DNA of 64,000 nucleotides, taken from positions 96,001-160,000 of the forward strand of contig CAVWBU010000035.1 in assembly GCA_963753345.1 (NCBI GenBank), written 5' to 3'. Shown here piece by piece: positions 35,084 to 44,638 of the stretch. The position numbers were made by a program, and so were the translations under genes. Source of the stretch: an uncultured Fibrobacterota bacterium. Lineage in GTDB: Bacteria > Fibrobacterota > Chitinivibrionia > Chitinivibrionales > FEN-1185. Position 1 is the first letter of the stretch. Every line of letters begins with the position of its first letter. The notes under the pieces are model-generated. The model was not told where the DNA came from and ran no database searches. It saw only the letters and a program-made list of their open reading frames with translations.

Positions 35084-35391
35084 ACATCTTCCCTTCCATC
35101 TCCTTTATTAGAGCAGAAATTTGGGGGAAAGTTCCCAATTATTGGAAATACTTGCCTTGCTCAGTTGTTGCAACGGCCAGCATTGTGGGCGTTTGCAAGC
35201 TTCCCTCGCGTCGTTTATGGAGTCCAAATCTCGATTCGCAACTGAGGAGAACCGAGCATTGACGATAAAGCCAGCAACCCGTTCAGACGTTCTTTGGTCA
35301 AATAGGATGAACGAAGAAAGTCACCAATCGTTGTGGAAAGGAAGATAACATCTTCGGGGCATGGTACTATCCCCAGAAAAAGGAGGCGCAT

Positions 35392-35943
35392 TTGACTTCG
35401 CGAATGTTTTACAGAATTGCAGCGTTCCTTGCAGTCTTTGTCAGTGTTCCGTTTCTTGCCCTTGCGGGTGAGGAGATGTTTGAAGGACTTAAAATCACCA
35501 CCGACAACAAAGGTCACATTGCTTCGATTTCAGTCAGCAATCCCGATTCATATTTAAAGACCGAAGCCGAATTTCTCTTTTCCGTATCCCCCGATGGAAC
35601 TCCCACAAGCTGCACGATTACATTTAAGGACAATGTAAAGCGTCCCATGAAACACGGTGAAGTCGAGCTTCATTTTAAACAATGCGGAGGTCCCAACGCG
35701 GTATGGGACTACTATTCGCAACATGGGAAAACCGTGTCGTATCCGCCTGAAAACGACAAGCTTCCGCCCGAAGCCTATGGGAAAGTGTCCAGGATAATAT
35801 GTGTTGATGGGAGCCGATTCATCGGACGGCTCGCCCAATGGGCCAACAAACCCGAGGGCTTTTCACTTACTATGGAAGGAGCAAGTGGCGGTCCGATTCC
35901 GTTTTTCAACGGCAAGGTAAAAGAGATTCAGCAGATGAAGTAA
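35392..35943 (+). CDS. Secreted hypothetical protein, paralog 1
   Basis: Signal peptide; highly similar to 36210-36773; ends VKEIQQMK. Confidence 0.75.
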   Translation: MTSRMFYRIAAFLAVFVSVPFLALAGEEMFEGLKITTDNKGHIASISVSNPDSYLKTEAEFLFSVSPDGTPTSCTITFKDNVKRPMKHGEVELHFKQCGGPNAVWDYYSQHGKTVSYPPENDKLPPEAYGKVSRIICVDGSRFIGRLAQWANKPEGFSLTMEGASGGPIPFFNGKVKEIQQMK

Positions 35944-36209
35944 GAATAATGGCGCAATTGGGCAAGCAAAGAATAGTGTGAGATCAGGACAATTGGTTCG
36001 ATAAGGGAAAGTGTGATTCAGCACATCCGGAACAAAACTGTTGGATTGAAGGAAGGCTTCCACTCGATCTTCAGGCCTCTTTGCAAAGAAAACAAGTTCC
36101 CCTCCCACACAATCCCCAGACACCTGTGTGTGGAGGGATAGTCACCGCAGCCCACATGATCTTCGGTAATCCACTACCCCAGAAGCCGTCGACTCCTATT
36201 GGCGAAGGT

Positions 36210-36773
36210 TCATTTCATCTGTTGAATTTCCTTGACGGTTCCGTTGAAAAACTGGATCGGGCCGCAGCATGCGCCCTCTACAGCAAGTGAAAAGCCATCG
36301 GGTTTGTCGGCGAGTTTGGCGAGCCGACCGATGAACTGCTTTCCGTTATTGAGAATCAGCCTGGATATTTTTCCATAAGCGTCATCTGGGACCCTGTCGG
36401 TACCAAGGTTGAATGAGGTAGTTTTTCCATGCTGTGAGTAGTAGTCCCACACCGCAGTTTGACCGCCGTACTGTTGAAAATAGAACGTGAGTTCGCCGTC
36501 CTTCATGGGACGTTGGACCTTGTCTCTGAAAGTAATGGTGCCGCTTGTGGGAGTTCCGCCGGGAGACACGGAAATGAGGAACTCTGATTCGATGTTGAGG
36601 GTAGTGCCGGGATTGCTTATTGAAATCGAAGCAACGTGACCGCTGTAGTCGGTTGTGAGCTTAAGTCCCTCAAATTCCTCCTCTCCGGCGAAAACTACGA
36701 ATGGTATGCCGGCCACGACAGCAAGCGTAGTAACAAATCCGCACCACATTCGTGATTTCATACCTGCCTCCAT
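36210..36773 (-). CDS. Secreted hypothetical protein, paralog 2
   Basis: EEEFEGLKLTTD...AVWDYYSQHGKT...VKEIQQMK. Confidence 0.75.
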   Translation of the reverse strand: MEAGMKSRMWCGFVTTLAVVAGIPFVVFAGEEEFEGLKLTTDYSGHVASISISNPGTTLNIESEFLISVSPGGTPTSGTITFRDKVQRPMKDGELTFYFQQYGGQTAVWDYYSQHGKTTSFNLGTDRVPDDAYGKISRLILNNGKQFIGRLAKLADKPDGFSLAVEGACCGPIQFFNGTVKEIQQMK

Positions 36774-37246
36774 TTTTAGGTTGATGGGCCGCGTTAAAAG
36801 AGTCTTTCGCTTTCCGACGCCGGAGTTTGCTTTTGTCTCTTCAATCTATTTGACGCAGGAAACTGCTGATCGGTTGCTTTATATTGCTGTCCTATGTACG
36901 AAACTGCGGACCCGTCTATCGCGATGTTTTTTGGTGGCATAGCCTCATTGATAATATAATATAACGAAGAAGGGTTTGGGCTTGCCATGGAGCTGATGGA
37001 AAATCTCGCGACTATGCCGGGGATTGGATTGTCAGCCTTGAGCGCTTAAGCGTGGCTTGCAAGTGTTCCCCATTAACCTCTGGAGGCAAGATAACGGATT
37101 TTCAATATTTTTGGCGGCAACCTTATCGGGTACTATTGGTCAAAGATAAAGGAAGAGAGGATGCTAATCGGACTAGGATAAATGATCAAAGCAGAGCTAT
37201 TTTGATTACGACAGATCTTCAAAAATCATTTCCAAAGGAGGTTCCC

Positions 37247-37837
37247 ATGAATCTGTTAAGAACCAACGTTAGAACCACCCTCATGACGAACATGTTCATG
37301 GGAGCGTTTCTTCTTGTTGCGCTGGCGCCGCAAACGGGATCTTGTCAAAATAACGTTTGCGCTGTGCACCTCGACGCCAATGGCGTCATGACTTCCATGA
37401 CCGTCACCAATCCGCTCACCTCGCTGCAAATCGAAAAACAATTCGATTTTGATGTGGACAATCAGGGCAATCCGACAAAAGGGATTGTCACCTTCAAGAA
37501 GAGCCTGTATTACGGTGAAGTCCAGCGCGAGCTCAAAGTTCCGATTGAGCTGAACCTCATGTGGGAGCAGTTTGGAGGGCCGCAGGAATTTTGGAACAAC
37601 GCGGAAAAGAACGGGAGAATAGTTGCATACAATTCCGTGGAAGATCTTCCCAATGACGTTTTCGGCAAGAAGGTACGTCTCTTTCTTAAAGCCGCTTCGT
37701 CAGCGCATTTGACGGACTATATTGGGATATTGTCAAAGCCGGCAACCCATCCGGAATCCATCCTGCTCAATACAGGAGGCGCGCAACCGCTGCAAATAGA
37801 TAAAGGACTTATCCGCGAAATCCAGCGGCTTAAGTAG
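37247..37837 (+). CDS. Secreted hypothetical protein, distant paralog 3
   Basis: RBS aaggagg; shares SxTVxNP, QFGGP..W, LPxDxFGK, IREIQRLK with paralogs 1 and 2. Confidence 0.7.
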   Translation: MNLLRTNVRTTLMTNMFMGAFLLVALAPQTGSCQNNVCAVHLDANGVMTSMTVTNPLTSLQIEKQFDFDVDNQGNPTKGIVTFKKSLYYGEVQRELKVPIELNLMWEQFGGPQEFWNNAEKNGRIVAYNSVEDLPNDVFGKKVRLFLKAASSAHLTDYIGILSKPATHPESILLNTGGAQPLQIDKGLIREIQRLK

Positions 37838-37881
37838 GAAAGGCTCGAATTGCGTCGGGGTGGCGCAGGGGATTTGCATAA

Positions 37882-37993
37882 TTATTTGAGCACCCCCGGT
37901 TCATTCACCTTGAGCCATTCCATTCCTTTCCGGTTGCAATACAGGATGGCCCCGGGCTGGCCGCCTTGACGATCACGATCTCGAGACTGTTCC
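37882..37993 (-). pseudogene. Orphan 3-prime fragment of the 39827-40246 gene
   Basis: Diverged copy encoding ...RAILYCNRKGMEWLKVNEPGVLK-stop. Confidence 0.75.
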
Positions 37994-38096
37994 TTGCTTT
38001 GTCTCTATTTTTTTGCCCCCCTCTCCCGCATTTACCATATTTCCTTATCACGCCCAAACCGGAATAATTGTCGCTTCTTCAACAAAGGAGGTCCTC

Positions 38097-38402
38097 ATGA
38101 AATGGTACCATTATGTCGCGTGCTTTTTTGCAGGCCTGTTCCTGGCAAATTTTGTCCCGCATTATATTCACGGGGTATCCGGCGACGCCTTTCCCAGCCC
38201 GTTTGCAAACCCGCCGGGCAAAGGATTGTCCTCCCCCCTGGTCAATGTTCTGTGGGGGCTCGGCAACCTTGTGGTCGGATACATCCTGGCGCGCGCGGGC
38301 AAGCTTACAAAAGCGGACATTTGGGGGCTTCTCGTGTTCTTTGCCGGCGTGGCATTCATAAGCATACAACTGTCCTTTGCATTTGCGGGAAAGATGCATT
38401 AA
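38097..38402 (+). CDS. Small membrane protein
   Basis: RBS aaggagg; MKWYHYVACFFAGLFLANFVPH...FPSPFANPPGKGLSSP; three hydrophobic segments. Confidence 0.75.
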   Translation: MKWYHYVACFFAGLFLANFVPHYIHGVSGDAFPSPFANPPGKGLSSPLVNVLWGLGNLVVGYILARAGKLTKADIWGLLVFFAGVAFISIQLSFAFAGKMH

Positions 38403-38448
38403 AAGAAATCGGTCCCGCCGATACAACATTTTTCAGAGGTAGTTTGGC

Positions 38449-39510
38449 ATGAAAATCATTCTTGCCTTATTACTGTTTGTCTTGCCATGCCTTGTCTTTG
38501 CCGCTCCTCCGGCCGATCAAGGGTATAGTCTCACATGGTCCGACGAATTCAACGGCGCCGGCATTGATACCAATACATGGAGTTTCGATACGGGGTGCAC
38601 CTATGATGATAGCTATGAATATTATTCTCCGGGAAAAAATGTTTTCATTGAAAATGGGGCTGTCGTTCTTGAAGCAAGGAAAGAACCGGTCCGGCAGAGG
38701 TGCGGTAATTATTACACTTCCTGCAAAATGAATACCCTGGGAAAGGCGGAATTCAAGTACGGATACATGGAAATCCGGATGAAAAGTCCAAAGGGCGATG
38801 GACCTGTTCCCGAAATCTGGATGATGGGTTCGAACTACTCTCACGTGGCGTGGCCGACATGCGGTGAAATTGACTTATGTATACAAAGGACCGGTTCCCA
38901 ACTATACAACGGAACCCCTGGCGACAATTGTTTCGTCTCCTCATGTGACTTTAGTCATGGTCCCGGTACGGCGGATTACCGTTACCTCCAACATGACTAT
39001 TCAGAATGTCTATGCAACGATTATCATCTCTATGCCATCGAATGGGATTCGCTCAAGATACAGTACTTCTTCGATGACCAGAAATTCTGGGAATACGACT
39101 CGATTTGCCAGAGCGTCAATTTCGCCACATTTCATCAGCCATTCTTTTTTATCGCGAATATCACGATCGGAGGATCATATCAGGGGAATGTTATCGACAC
39201 AACCATTTTCCCCCAACGCATGTACATCGATTACATCCGGGTGTATCAGAAGAGCACCCCGGTAATCAACACACGACAAAAACGCACGCTTCCCGAATTG
39301 GCGCTTTTCAATTCATCCCGAGCCGGCCTTAACGTGTACGACCTGCAAGGCCGTTTTGTGGGCGATCTTTCCGGCTTGTCCGGCATGACTGAACATGATG
39401 GGGTTCTGTTCGTCAAGGCGGTAAAATCCAGGGTCCCGCAAGGAGTATATGTTGCAGCCGTTTCCAGCGGTGGGCAGTTCATCAATGAAAAGGTGGTCAT
39501 TAGGAAGTAA
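38449..39510 (+). CDS. Secreted GH16-family protein with atypical catalytic motif
   Basis: WSDEFNG, FKYGYMEIR, WPTCGEIDLCI, YHLYAIEW, MYIDYIRVYQ. Confidence 0.85.
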   Translation: MKIILALLLFVLPCLVFAAPPADQGYSLTWSDEFNGAGIDTNTWSFDTGCTYDDSYEYYSPGKNVFIENGAVVLEARKEPVRQRCGNYYTSCKMNTLGKAEFKYGYMEIRMKSPKGDGPVPEIWMMGSNYSHVAWPTCGEIDLCIQRTGSQLYNGTPGDNCFVSSCDFSHGPGTADYRYLQHDYSECLCNDYHLYAIEWDSLKIQYFFDDQKFWEYDSICQSVNFATFHQPFFFIANITIGGSYQGNVIDTTIFPQRMYIDYIRVYQKSTPVINTRQKRTLPELALFNSSRAGLNVYDLQGRFVGDLSGLSGMTEHDGVLFVKAVKSRVPQGVYVAAVSSGGQFINEKVVIRK

Positions 39511-39562
39511 AGCGGGATGGGCCTACGTTTTCTTGATTGACAAAAACAGCGCTACCCTTTGT

Positions 39563-39786
39563 CCAGAAACCTCGGCTGGCGCAAGAAAAGTAATTTGACA
39601 GAACAGATTTCCGTTGCCGCCGCGTTAGGGGCGACTGGAGGCCGCGCAGGAGCGCGGTGCCGCCCGACCACGGCCCGCAGGGCCATCGTGGCAGGCGGCC
39701 CGAGGCCGAAGGCCGACGACCCTTGGAAGCACCCGAAGGGGTGGACCGGAAGGAGAACCGACCCGGCTTTAGCCGGGGAACGCCCA
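39563..39786 (+). repeat. Solo module B with part of the spacer
   Basis: ccagaaacctcggctggcgcaagaaaagt (as at 32972)...gcgttagg...ggggaacgccca. Confidence 0.85.
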
Positions 39787-39826
39787 AATCTTTTCCTTGG
39801 TATTTAGATTGGGGGGATTTGTATCA

Positions 39827-40246
39827 TTACTTGAGTGTGTCAATGACCCCCGGCTCATTCACTTTGAGCCATTCCATTCCCTTACGGTTGCAATACAGGA
39901 TGGCTCTGGGGCTGGCCGGCTTGACGATCACGATCTCCAGGCTGTCTTTGGTGTTCCATTCCACACGGTAGTAGTATTCCCCTTTTGTCGGTTTCCCGAT
40001 TTTTGTTTCGATGGAGGCCTTCAGGTTGTCGATAACGGCCTTGTTCTTGAGCGGGCAGACCGTGATCATGTCCCGCAGCACCGAATCGATGACCACGTTC
40101 CGCATCGAATAGATGAGCGATAAATTCGTGGTCTCGATAATCGGCCTTCCCACGGAATCCTTGACGATATACGTTACTGCGTGCTGGGCATGGGCGGGGA
40201 CGACAAACGCGACGACGATGCACATAAGGAGCGAATGGTTTTTCAT
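39827..40246 (-). CDS. Secreted hypothetical protein
   Basis: Signal peptide MKNHSLLMCIVVAFVVPAHA. Confidence 0.7.
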   Translation of the reverse strand: MKNHSLLMCIVVAFVVPAHAQHAVTYIVKDSVGRPIIETTNLSLIYSMRNVVIDSVLRDMITVCPLKNKAVIDNLKASIETKIGKPTKGEYYYRVEWNTKDSLEIVIVKPASPRAILYCNRKGMEWLKVNEPGVIDTLK

Positions 40247-40390
40247 GATGTTCCTTCCGGAAACCGGGCCATGACCGACTTTGAAGAAAATATAGCTATG
40301 CGCGCTCCTTATTGTCAAATCCGACGATAACGCCGCCCTGGAAGAAGACTTCGAGCCGGTAATTTACTCATTGTCAAGATTCGTTATTTC

Positions 40391-41530
40391 CTATTTCATA
40401 AATAAAAACGTCCGGGCAATGTCCTGTCTCCCGCCCGTTGGCCGTGCAATGTAGCTTCCCGCGGGAACAGGCGCGCCGCTGGTATTCGTTCCCCGCCAGA
40501 CGGCCGTAGTGCCCTGCACGGGCACCCGCGCCACGATGCGGCCATGGATGTCGTAAATGTAAAGAGCGGAATACGGATTTTCCTTGGGGAGATTGAACGT
40601 CACCCCGAACGAATTACAATAGACTGCAGTTGCGGGCGTGCCTTCTTTTGTTGCTGCGGACGCTGGCCTGCGAACAGAGGTAAGAACCGTGGCCGGGTCA
40701 ATCAATTGTTTGGTCTTGGCAGCCGATCCCCAATAGCCCACCCCGGGATTCTGGATTCCTCCGGTACTGTCCTGAAACACGCGCGAATAATCTGTTGTCA
40801 AGGTCATCGGCCATATCGTCGAGCTGTTCGGAAGGCCGGGCCAGGATCCGCCTATCGCTACATCGTACATAAGCCACATGAAGTCATTCGTATTGTCGGA
40901 TGAAACGTCGCAATGTTTCGTCGCTATGCCGTCTATGTACCAGGTCACTCCGGAGGATGTCCACAAAAATCCATAGATATGATAGACGTTGTTGTTGCCG
41001 CTGAGCTTGTTGCTGGATAGATCAGCGCAGGTGTCAAGACCTCCCGCGGTTATGTGCGGGGTTTGATAGCACGTCAGGGAATCCGATGCAAACTCGAAGA
41101 TGTCCCACTCCGGCGGCCAGCGGGATGTCGAGCTCAGCCAGTATGCGGGCCACGAGCCCTGGGTCACTTTCATTTTTATCCGGCTTTCAAAATAGCCGTG
41201 CTTGAATGAAGGGACCGCGGAAAAATAACCGGAAGAGGAATCCTTTCTCCCTTCAATGGTGATCGCGCCGTTGCCTGCGACAAGATTGCTTCCGTCCGTG
41301 GTGACATGTTCGATGCCGTAGCTGCCGCCCGGCCAGCTGGCATTCGTTTTCATCCAACGATCGGTGCTGAGAGAGTCGCTGTTGAATTCGTCGCTGAAGA
41401 CAAGGTGATATCCAGACGGAACATATGAAATTCCGGGGTCGGGCTGGTCGGTGGCAGTTGCGATGAATGGGAACAAGACAACTGTTAGAAAGAGGAAGGG
41501 CAGGCCTACAGTGGAAATTTTCTTCTGCAT
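40391..41530 (-). CDS. Secreted GH16 glycoside hydrolase with C-terminal FlgD-Ig-like sorting domain
   Basis: FSDEFN, GYFESR, WPAYW, PPEWDIFE (intact ExDxxE), HIYGFLW, IYDIHGRIV...WRG. Confidence 0.88.
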   Translation of the reverse strand: MQKKISTVGLPFLFLTVVLFPFIATATDQPDPGISYVPSGYHLVFSDEFNSDSLSTDRWMKTNASWPGGSYGIEHVTTDGSNLVAGNGAITIEGRKDSSSGYFSAVPSFKHGYFESRIKMKVTQGSWPAYWLSSTSRWPPEWDIFEFASDSLTCYQTPHITAGGLDTCADLSSNKLSGNNNVYHIYGFLWTSSGVTWYIDGIATKHCDVSSDNTNDFMWLMYDVAIGGSWPGLPNSSTIWPMTLTTDYSRVFQDSTGGIQNPGVGYWGSAAKTKQLIDPATVLTSVRRPASAATKEGTPATAVYCNSFGVTFNLPKENPYSALYIYDIHGRIVARVPVQGTTAVWRGTNTSGAPVPAGSYIARPTGGRQDIARTFLFMK

Positions 41531-41700
41531 GACAGGAAAATATGATGCAGTGGGGGAGCAGGTCAAATGGTATTATCTGAGATTCCGGGTCAGGAATGTA
41601 ATATGAATCGCGTATTGTTTTGCACCCCCAAACGAATACCCCGAAAAATCTGGACGAATGTATTTTCTGAGCGTATCTTAATGACTTGAGAGTATTGGTT

Positions 41701-41751
41701 TTGAATCCCACAGCGAGCGCATTCCTCGCAGCTTGCTGCGGGGATCTTCAA
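41701..41751. repeat. Short TTGAA...TTCAA-bounded hairpin element related to 641-758
   Basis: cacagcgagcgcattcctcgcagcttgctgcggggatcttcaa. Confidence 0.55.
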
Positions 41752-41794
41752 TTCGCTTCAAGTCGATGAGAAGAGAAAACTACCGGACGCCATC

Positions 41795-42139
41795 ATGGAA
41801 ATACTAACTCGGAAAATTACAACCGCCTCTCTCAAATCAATGGCGGAAGAAACGTTCGGCAATCTGGTGAAGGCTGTTGTGGATGTGCGGTTAAGCAAGA
41901 TGGCGGTGGACGCAGAGCTGCATTCGGACGAAGAAGCTTTGCTCCTGGAAAGCGGGTCCCTGCAGCAGGACTTGTGGGGAATCAACATCTACCCAGAGTA
42001 CGAAAAGACAAGCGCCAGCTTTGTCGAATTTGATTCCATGATCAATGTACGTCCCTCGCAGGGAAACAGGAGCCGCGGCGTTGAGAACGCCCAAACCCGT
42101 GAAAAGATACTTGCCGTCGTCCATGAGTGGATTTCATGA
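41795..42139 (+). CDS. DUF5674-like protein
   Basis: VKAVVDV, ELHSDEEALLLE, DLWGINIYP, FDSMINVRPSQGNRSR. Confidence 0.7.
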   Translation: MEILTRKITTASLKSMAEETFGNLVKAVVDVRLSKMAVDAELHSDEEALLLESGSLQQDLWGINIYPEYEKTSASFVEFDSMINVRPSQGNRSRGVENAQTREKILAVVHEWIS

Positions 42140-42495
42140 ATTATCAGCATAAGCAGCTTGCCCAAGGCCGCTGGAAGGAATTCTCCTTTGTTGAACAGAT
42201 GGGTAATATCGGAAGCGAAATCGAGCGGACGATTCTCTGGAAGGAAAAGGGCAATCCGGATTACAGTAATCTTGCATTTGAGCGGGCGCTTGAGTTGCTC
42301 GATCTGACGATCGACAACGCAAAAACCGGATCTCGCCTGAGGGAACTCACCCGCACGCGTGAAGCGCTTGTAGACCATTTTATCTTTTCCAATGAATACG
42401 GCACAACGGACGAATGCTGGAGGAAATATTTTTTCTGTTTTGCCTATGCGGCCCGGGTGCGGAAAGCAAATGGCGTAATCACGTCGGCCACGTAG
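42136..42495 (+). CDS. Conserved hypothetical helical protein coupled to the DUF5674-like gene
   Basis: ATGA overlap; EQMGNIGSEIER, AFERALELLDLT, ELTRTRE. Confidence 0.7.
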   Translation: MNYQHKQLAQGRWKEFSFVEQMGNIGSEIERTILWKEKGNPDYSNLAFERALELLDLTIDNAKTGSRLRELTRTREALVDHFIFSNEYGTTDECWRKYFFCFAYAARVRKANGVITSAT

Positions 42496-42511
42496 AACCT
42501 TGGGAGGTTCC

Positions 42512-42736
42512 ATGCATTTCAAAATCACCTACTGCGGCATGTGAAATTATCGGCCGCAGGCCGCCGGTCTGGCGGCAGAGCTTAAGAAGAAATTCGGCGC
42601 CGACACCGACCTCGTTGAATCGAGGGGTGGCGTTTTCGAAGTGGAACTTGACGGAAAGCTTATCTTTTCGAAGAAGAAGCTGGAAAGGTTCCCCGACAGC
42701 GGCGAGATCGAAGCGATAGTAAGGAAGTCGGTCTGA
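42512..42736 (+). CDS. Rdx (SelW/SelT/SelH) family selenoprotein with in-frame UGA
   Basis: RBS gggagg; MHFKITYCGM-U(TGA 42542)-NYRPQAAGLAAEL...SRGGVFEVELDGKLIFSKKKLERFP; hairpin gccgcc-ggtct-ggcggc downstream of the TGA. Confidence 0.85.
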
Positions 42737-42767
42737 ACCGTCACAACGGGCCGGCTTGGCAATCCCC

Positions 42768-43376
42768 ATGGTGCATTACAAAATCCATCCGCAGAACCCG
42801 CAGACGAGGATCCTTGACAAGGCGGTGCATGCGCTCATGCACGAGGACGGCATCTGCGTGTATCCCACCGACACGGTCTACGGGCTGGGCGCCTGCGTCA
42901 CCAACCCCAAGGCCCTCGACAGGATCAGCGCGATAATCGACAAGGAGAAATCGCGGCTGTTTTCCTTTATCTGCTCCGATTTTTCGCAGATGAGCAGGTA
43001 TGTTCTCATCGACAACGCCCATTACAAGCTCATGAAGCATTACCTTCCCGGCCCCTATACGTTTATTCTCCCGGCGACAAGCTACGTGCCGAAGAAGGTG
43101 AGCCCCAAGCGCCGCACTGTGGGCGTGCGGATCCCCGACAACAGGGTGTGCCAGGACCTCGTGCGCATGCTCGGCGAGCCGCTCGCCAACGCGTCATTGA
43201 AACTTTCCGGCGAATTACGGGCCGATCCGGAAATCATCGCCACAGCGATACAGCACGAGGTCGATGTCTTTCTCGACATGGGGCCGCTTGACAATCCGAC
43301 AAGCTCGACGATCGTAGACTTGACTGAGAGAGAACCGGTGGTAGTGAGGATCGGAAAAGGGGAGTGGAGAGGATAA
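42768..43376 (+). CDS. Sua5/YciO/YrdC family threonylcarbamoyl-AMP synthase
   Basis: HPQNPQ, YPTDTVYGLG, LPGPYTFIL, VGVRIPD, STIVDLT. Confidence 0.9.
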   Translation: MVHYKIHPQNPQTRILDKAVHALMHEDGICVYPTDTVYGLGACVTNPKALDRISAIIDKEKSRLFSFICSDFSQMSRYVLIDNAHYKLMKHYLPGPYTFILPATSYVPKKVSPKRRTVGVRIPDNRVCQDLVRMLGEPLANASLKLSGELRADPEIIATAIQHEVDVFLDMGPLDNPTSSTIVDLTEREPVVVRIGKGEWRG

Positions 43377-43392
43377 TACAATAATTCTTTGA

Positions 43393-43813
43393 GGGGGGGA
43401 GGTGTCCCCCTAGGGTGCGGCTTCCGGCGCCTCCTTAACAAATGCGCACAAGAATAGAACTCGGAGGCGCCGGCGATCCGCACCCATACCCCCTCGTGGG
43501 TAGCCCCCAAGGAAGTTTATCAGCAAGAAAGAAACATCAGCTGCGGGGGCGCCGAGAAAGAGAGTTGAAAAGTCAAAGATGAAGCCAGACTGATTTGTTA
43601 TACATATAGATTGGCGTGAGAACAAGTAGTTGACTAAATAGATTCCTCCTGCCGCGCGTTAGGGACGACGGAAGGTGTGCTGGAGCACATTGCCGGCCGA
43701 CCCGGCCGAAGGCATAGGGCGGTCCGGCAACGAGGCTGACCAGCCGAGCCTGGAGGAGAACCGACCCCAAGTAGAGCCGCACGGCCGTGCGGCTCTACTT
43801 GGGGGAACGCCCA
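43393..43813 (+). repeat. A-spacer-B structured repeat unit with a nested GTAG-type palindrome (43765-43804)
   Basis: gggggaggtgtccccc tagggtgcgg...ccgcaccc; B ending ccccaagtagagccgcacggccgtgcggctctacttgggggaacgccca. Confidence 0.9.
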
Positions 43814-43852
43814 AATGTTTATCTTATTAATAGAAAAGGGAATCTAGCATTC

Positions 43853-44626
43853 ATGGGAAAAGAACTTGACAGATTTGTGAACATCGTCGCGAAACTCCGC
43901 GCCCCGGGCGGATGCCCGTGGGACCGGGAGCAGAACAACAAGAGCATCCTCTCGTGCCTGCTCGACGAGACGTACGAGTTCTTCGAAGCGGTTGACGAAA
44001 ACGACAACCACAAGATGACCGAAGAGCTGGGCGACCTCCTGTTGCAGGTGGTGCTGCATGCGCAGATCGCGCAGGACGAGGGCCGCTTCGACCTCGAAGA
44101 CGTGGCGCGCGACATCGCCGACAAGCTCATCCGCCGCCATCCCCACGTGTTCGGCGACGTCACGGTCGGCTCGTCGACCGAGGTGATTCACAACTGGGAA
44201 CGGATCAAGAAGGACGAAAAGGAACACCGCAAGTACCTCGTCGACGACATCCCCGACGCACTGCCCGCGCTGTTCAAGGCCGAAAAGATCCAGCGCCGCG
44301 TGGCCAAAGTCGGGTTCGACTGGAAGGACATCGGGCCCGTGCTCGACAAAGTGGAAGAGGAGTTCCGTGAGTTCCGCGAGGCGCTCGTTAAGGGCGACCG
44401 CACCAACGCCGAGGAGGAGCTGGGCGACATCCTGTTCGCGCTCGTCAATGTGGGCCGGCACAACCGAATATCGGCCGAAGACGCCCTGCGCGTGACCGTC
44501 AAGAAATTCGCGAAGCGCTTCCGCTATATCGAAGACCGGTACAAGGAGCTGGGAAAAGACATCCACAAGGCGCCGCTTGCGGAAATGGACACGTTCTGGG
44601 AGGAGAGCAAGAAGAAGGTCGGGTGA
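43853..44626 (+). CDS. mazG: Nucleoside triphosphate pyrophosphohydrolase MazG
   Basis: GCPWDREQ, EELGDLLLQ, KLIRRHPHVF, GFDW, EEELGDILF. Confidence 0.95.
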   Translation: MGKELDRFVNIVAKLRAPGGCPWDREQNNKSILSCLLDETYEFFEAVDENDNHKMTEELGDLLLQVVLHAQIAQDEGRFDLEDVARDIADKLIRRHPHVFGDVTVGSSTEVIHNWERIKKDEKEHRKYLVDDIPDALPALFKAEKIQRRVAKVGFDWKDIGPVLDKVEEEFREFREALVKGDRTNAEEELGDILFALVNVGRHNRISAEDALRVTVKKFAKRFRYIEDRYKELGKDIHKAPLAEMDTFWEESKKKVG

Positions 44627-44638
44627 GGGGAGAGGACG

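Noticed and set aside
33380-42495. Prophage or defence island in the lower-GC stretch
   Set aside because: No integrase, phage structural or recognisable defence genes; mainly secreted proteins
43393-43560. Module A as an HDV-like ribozyme (CCCTCGT loop)
   Set aside because: The strand after the loop covaries with a downstream partner rather than the 5-prime end, so the nested double pseudoknot cannot be built by eye
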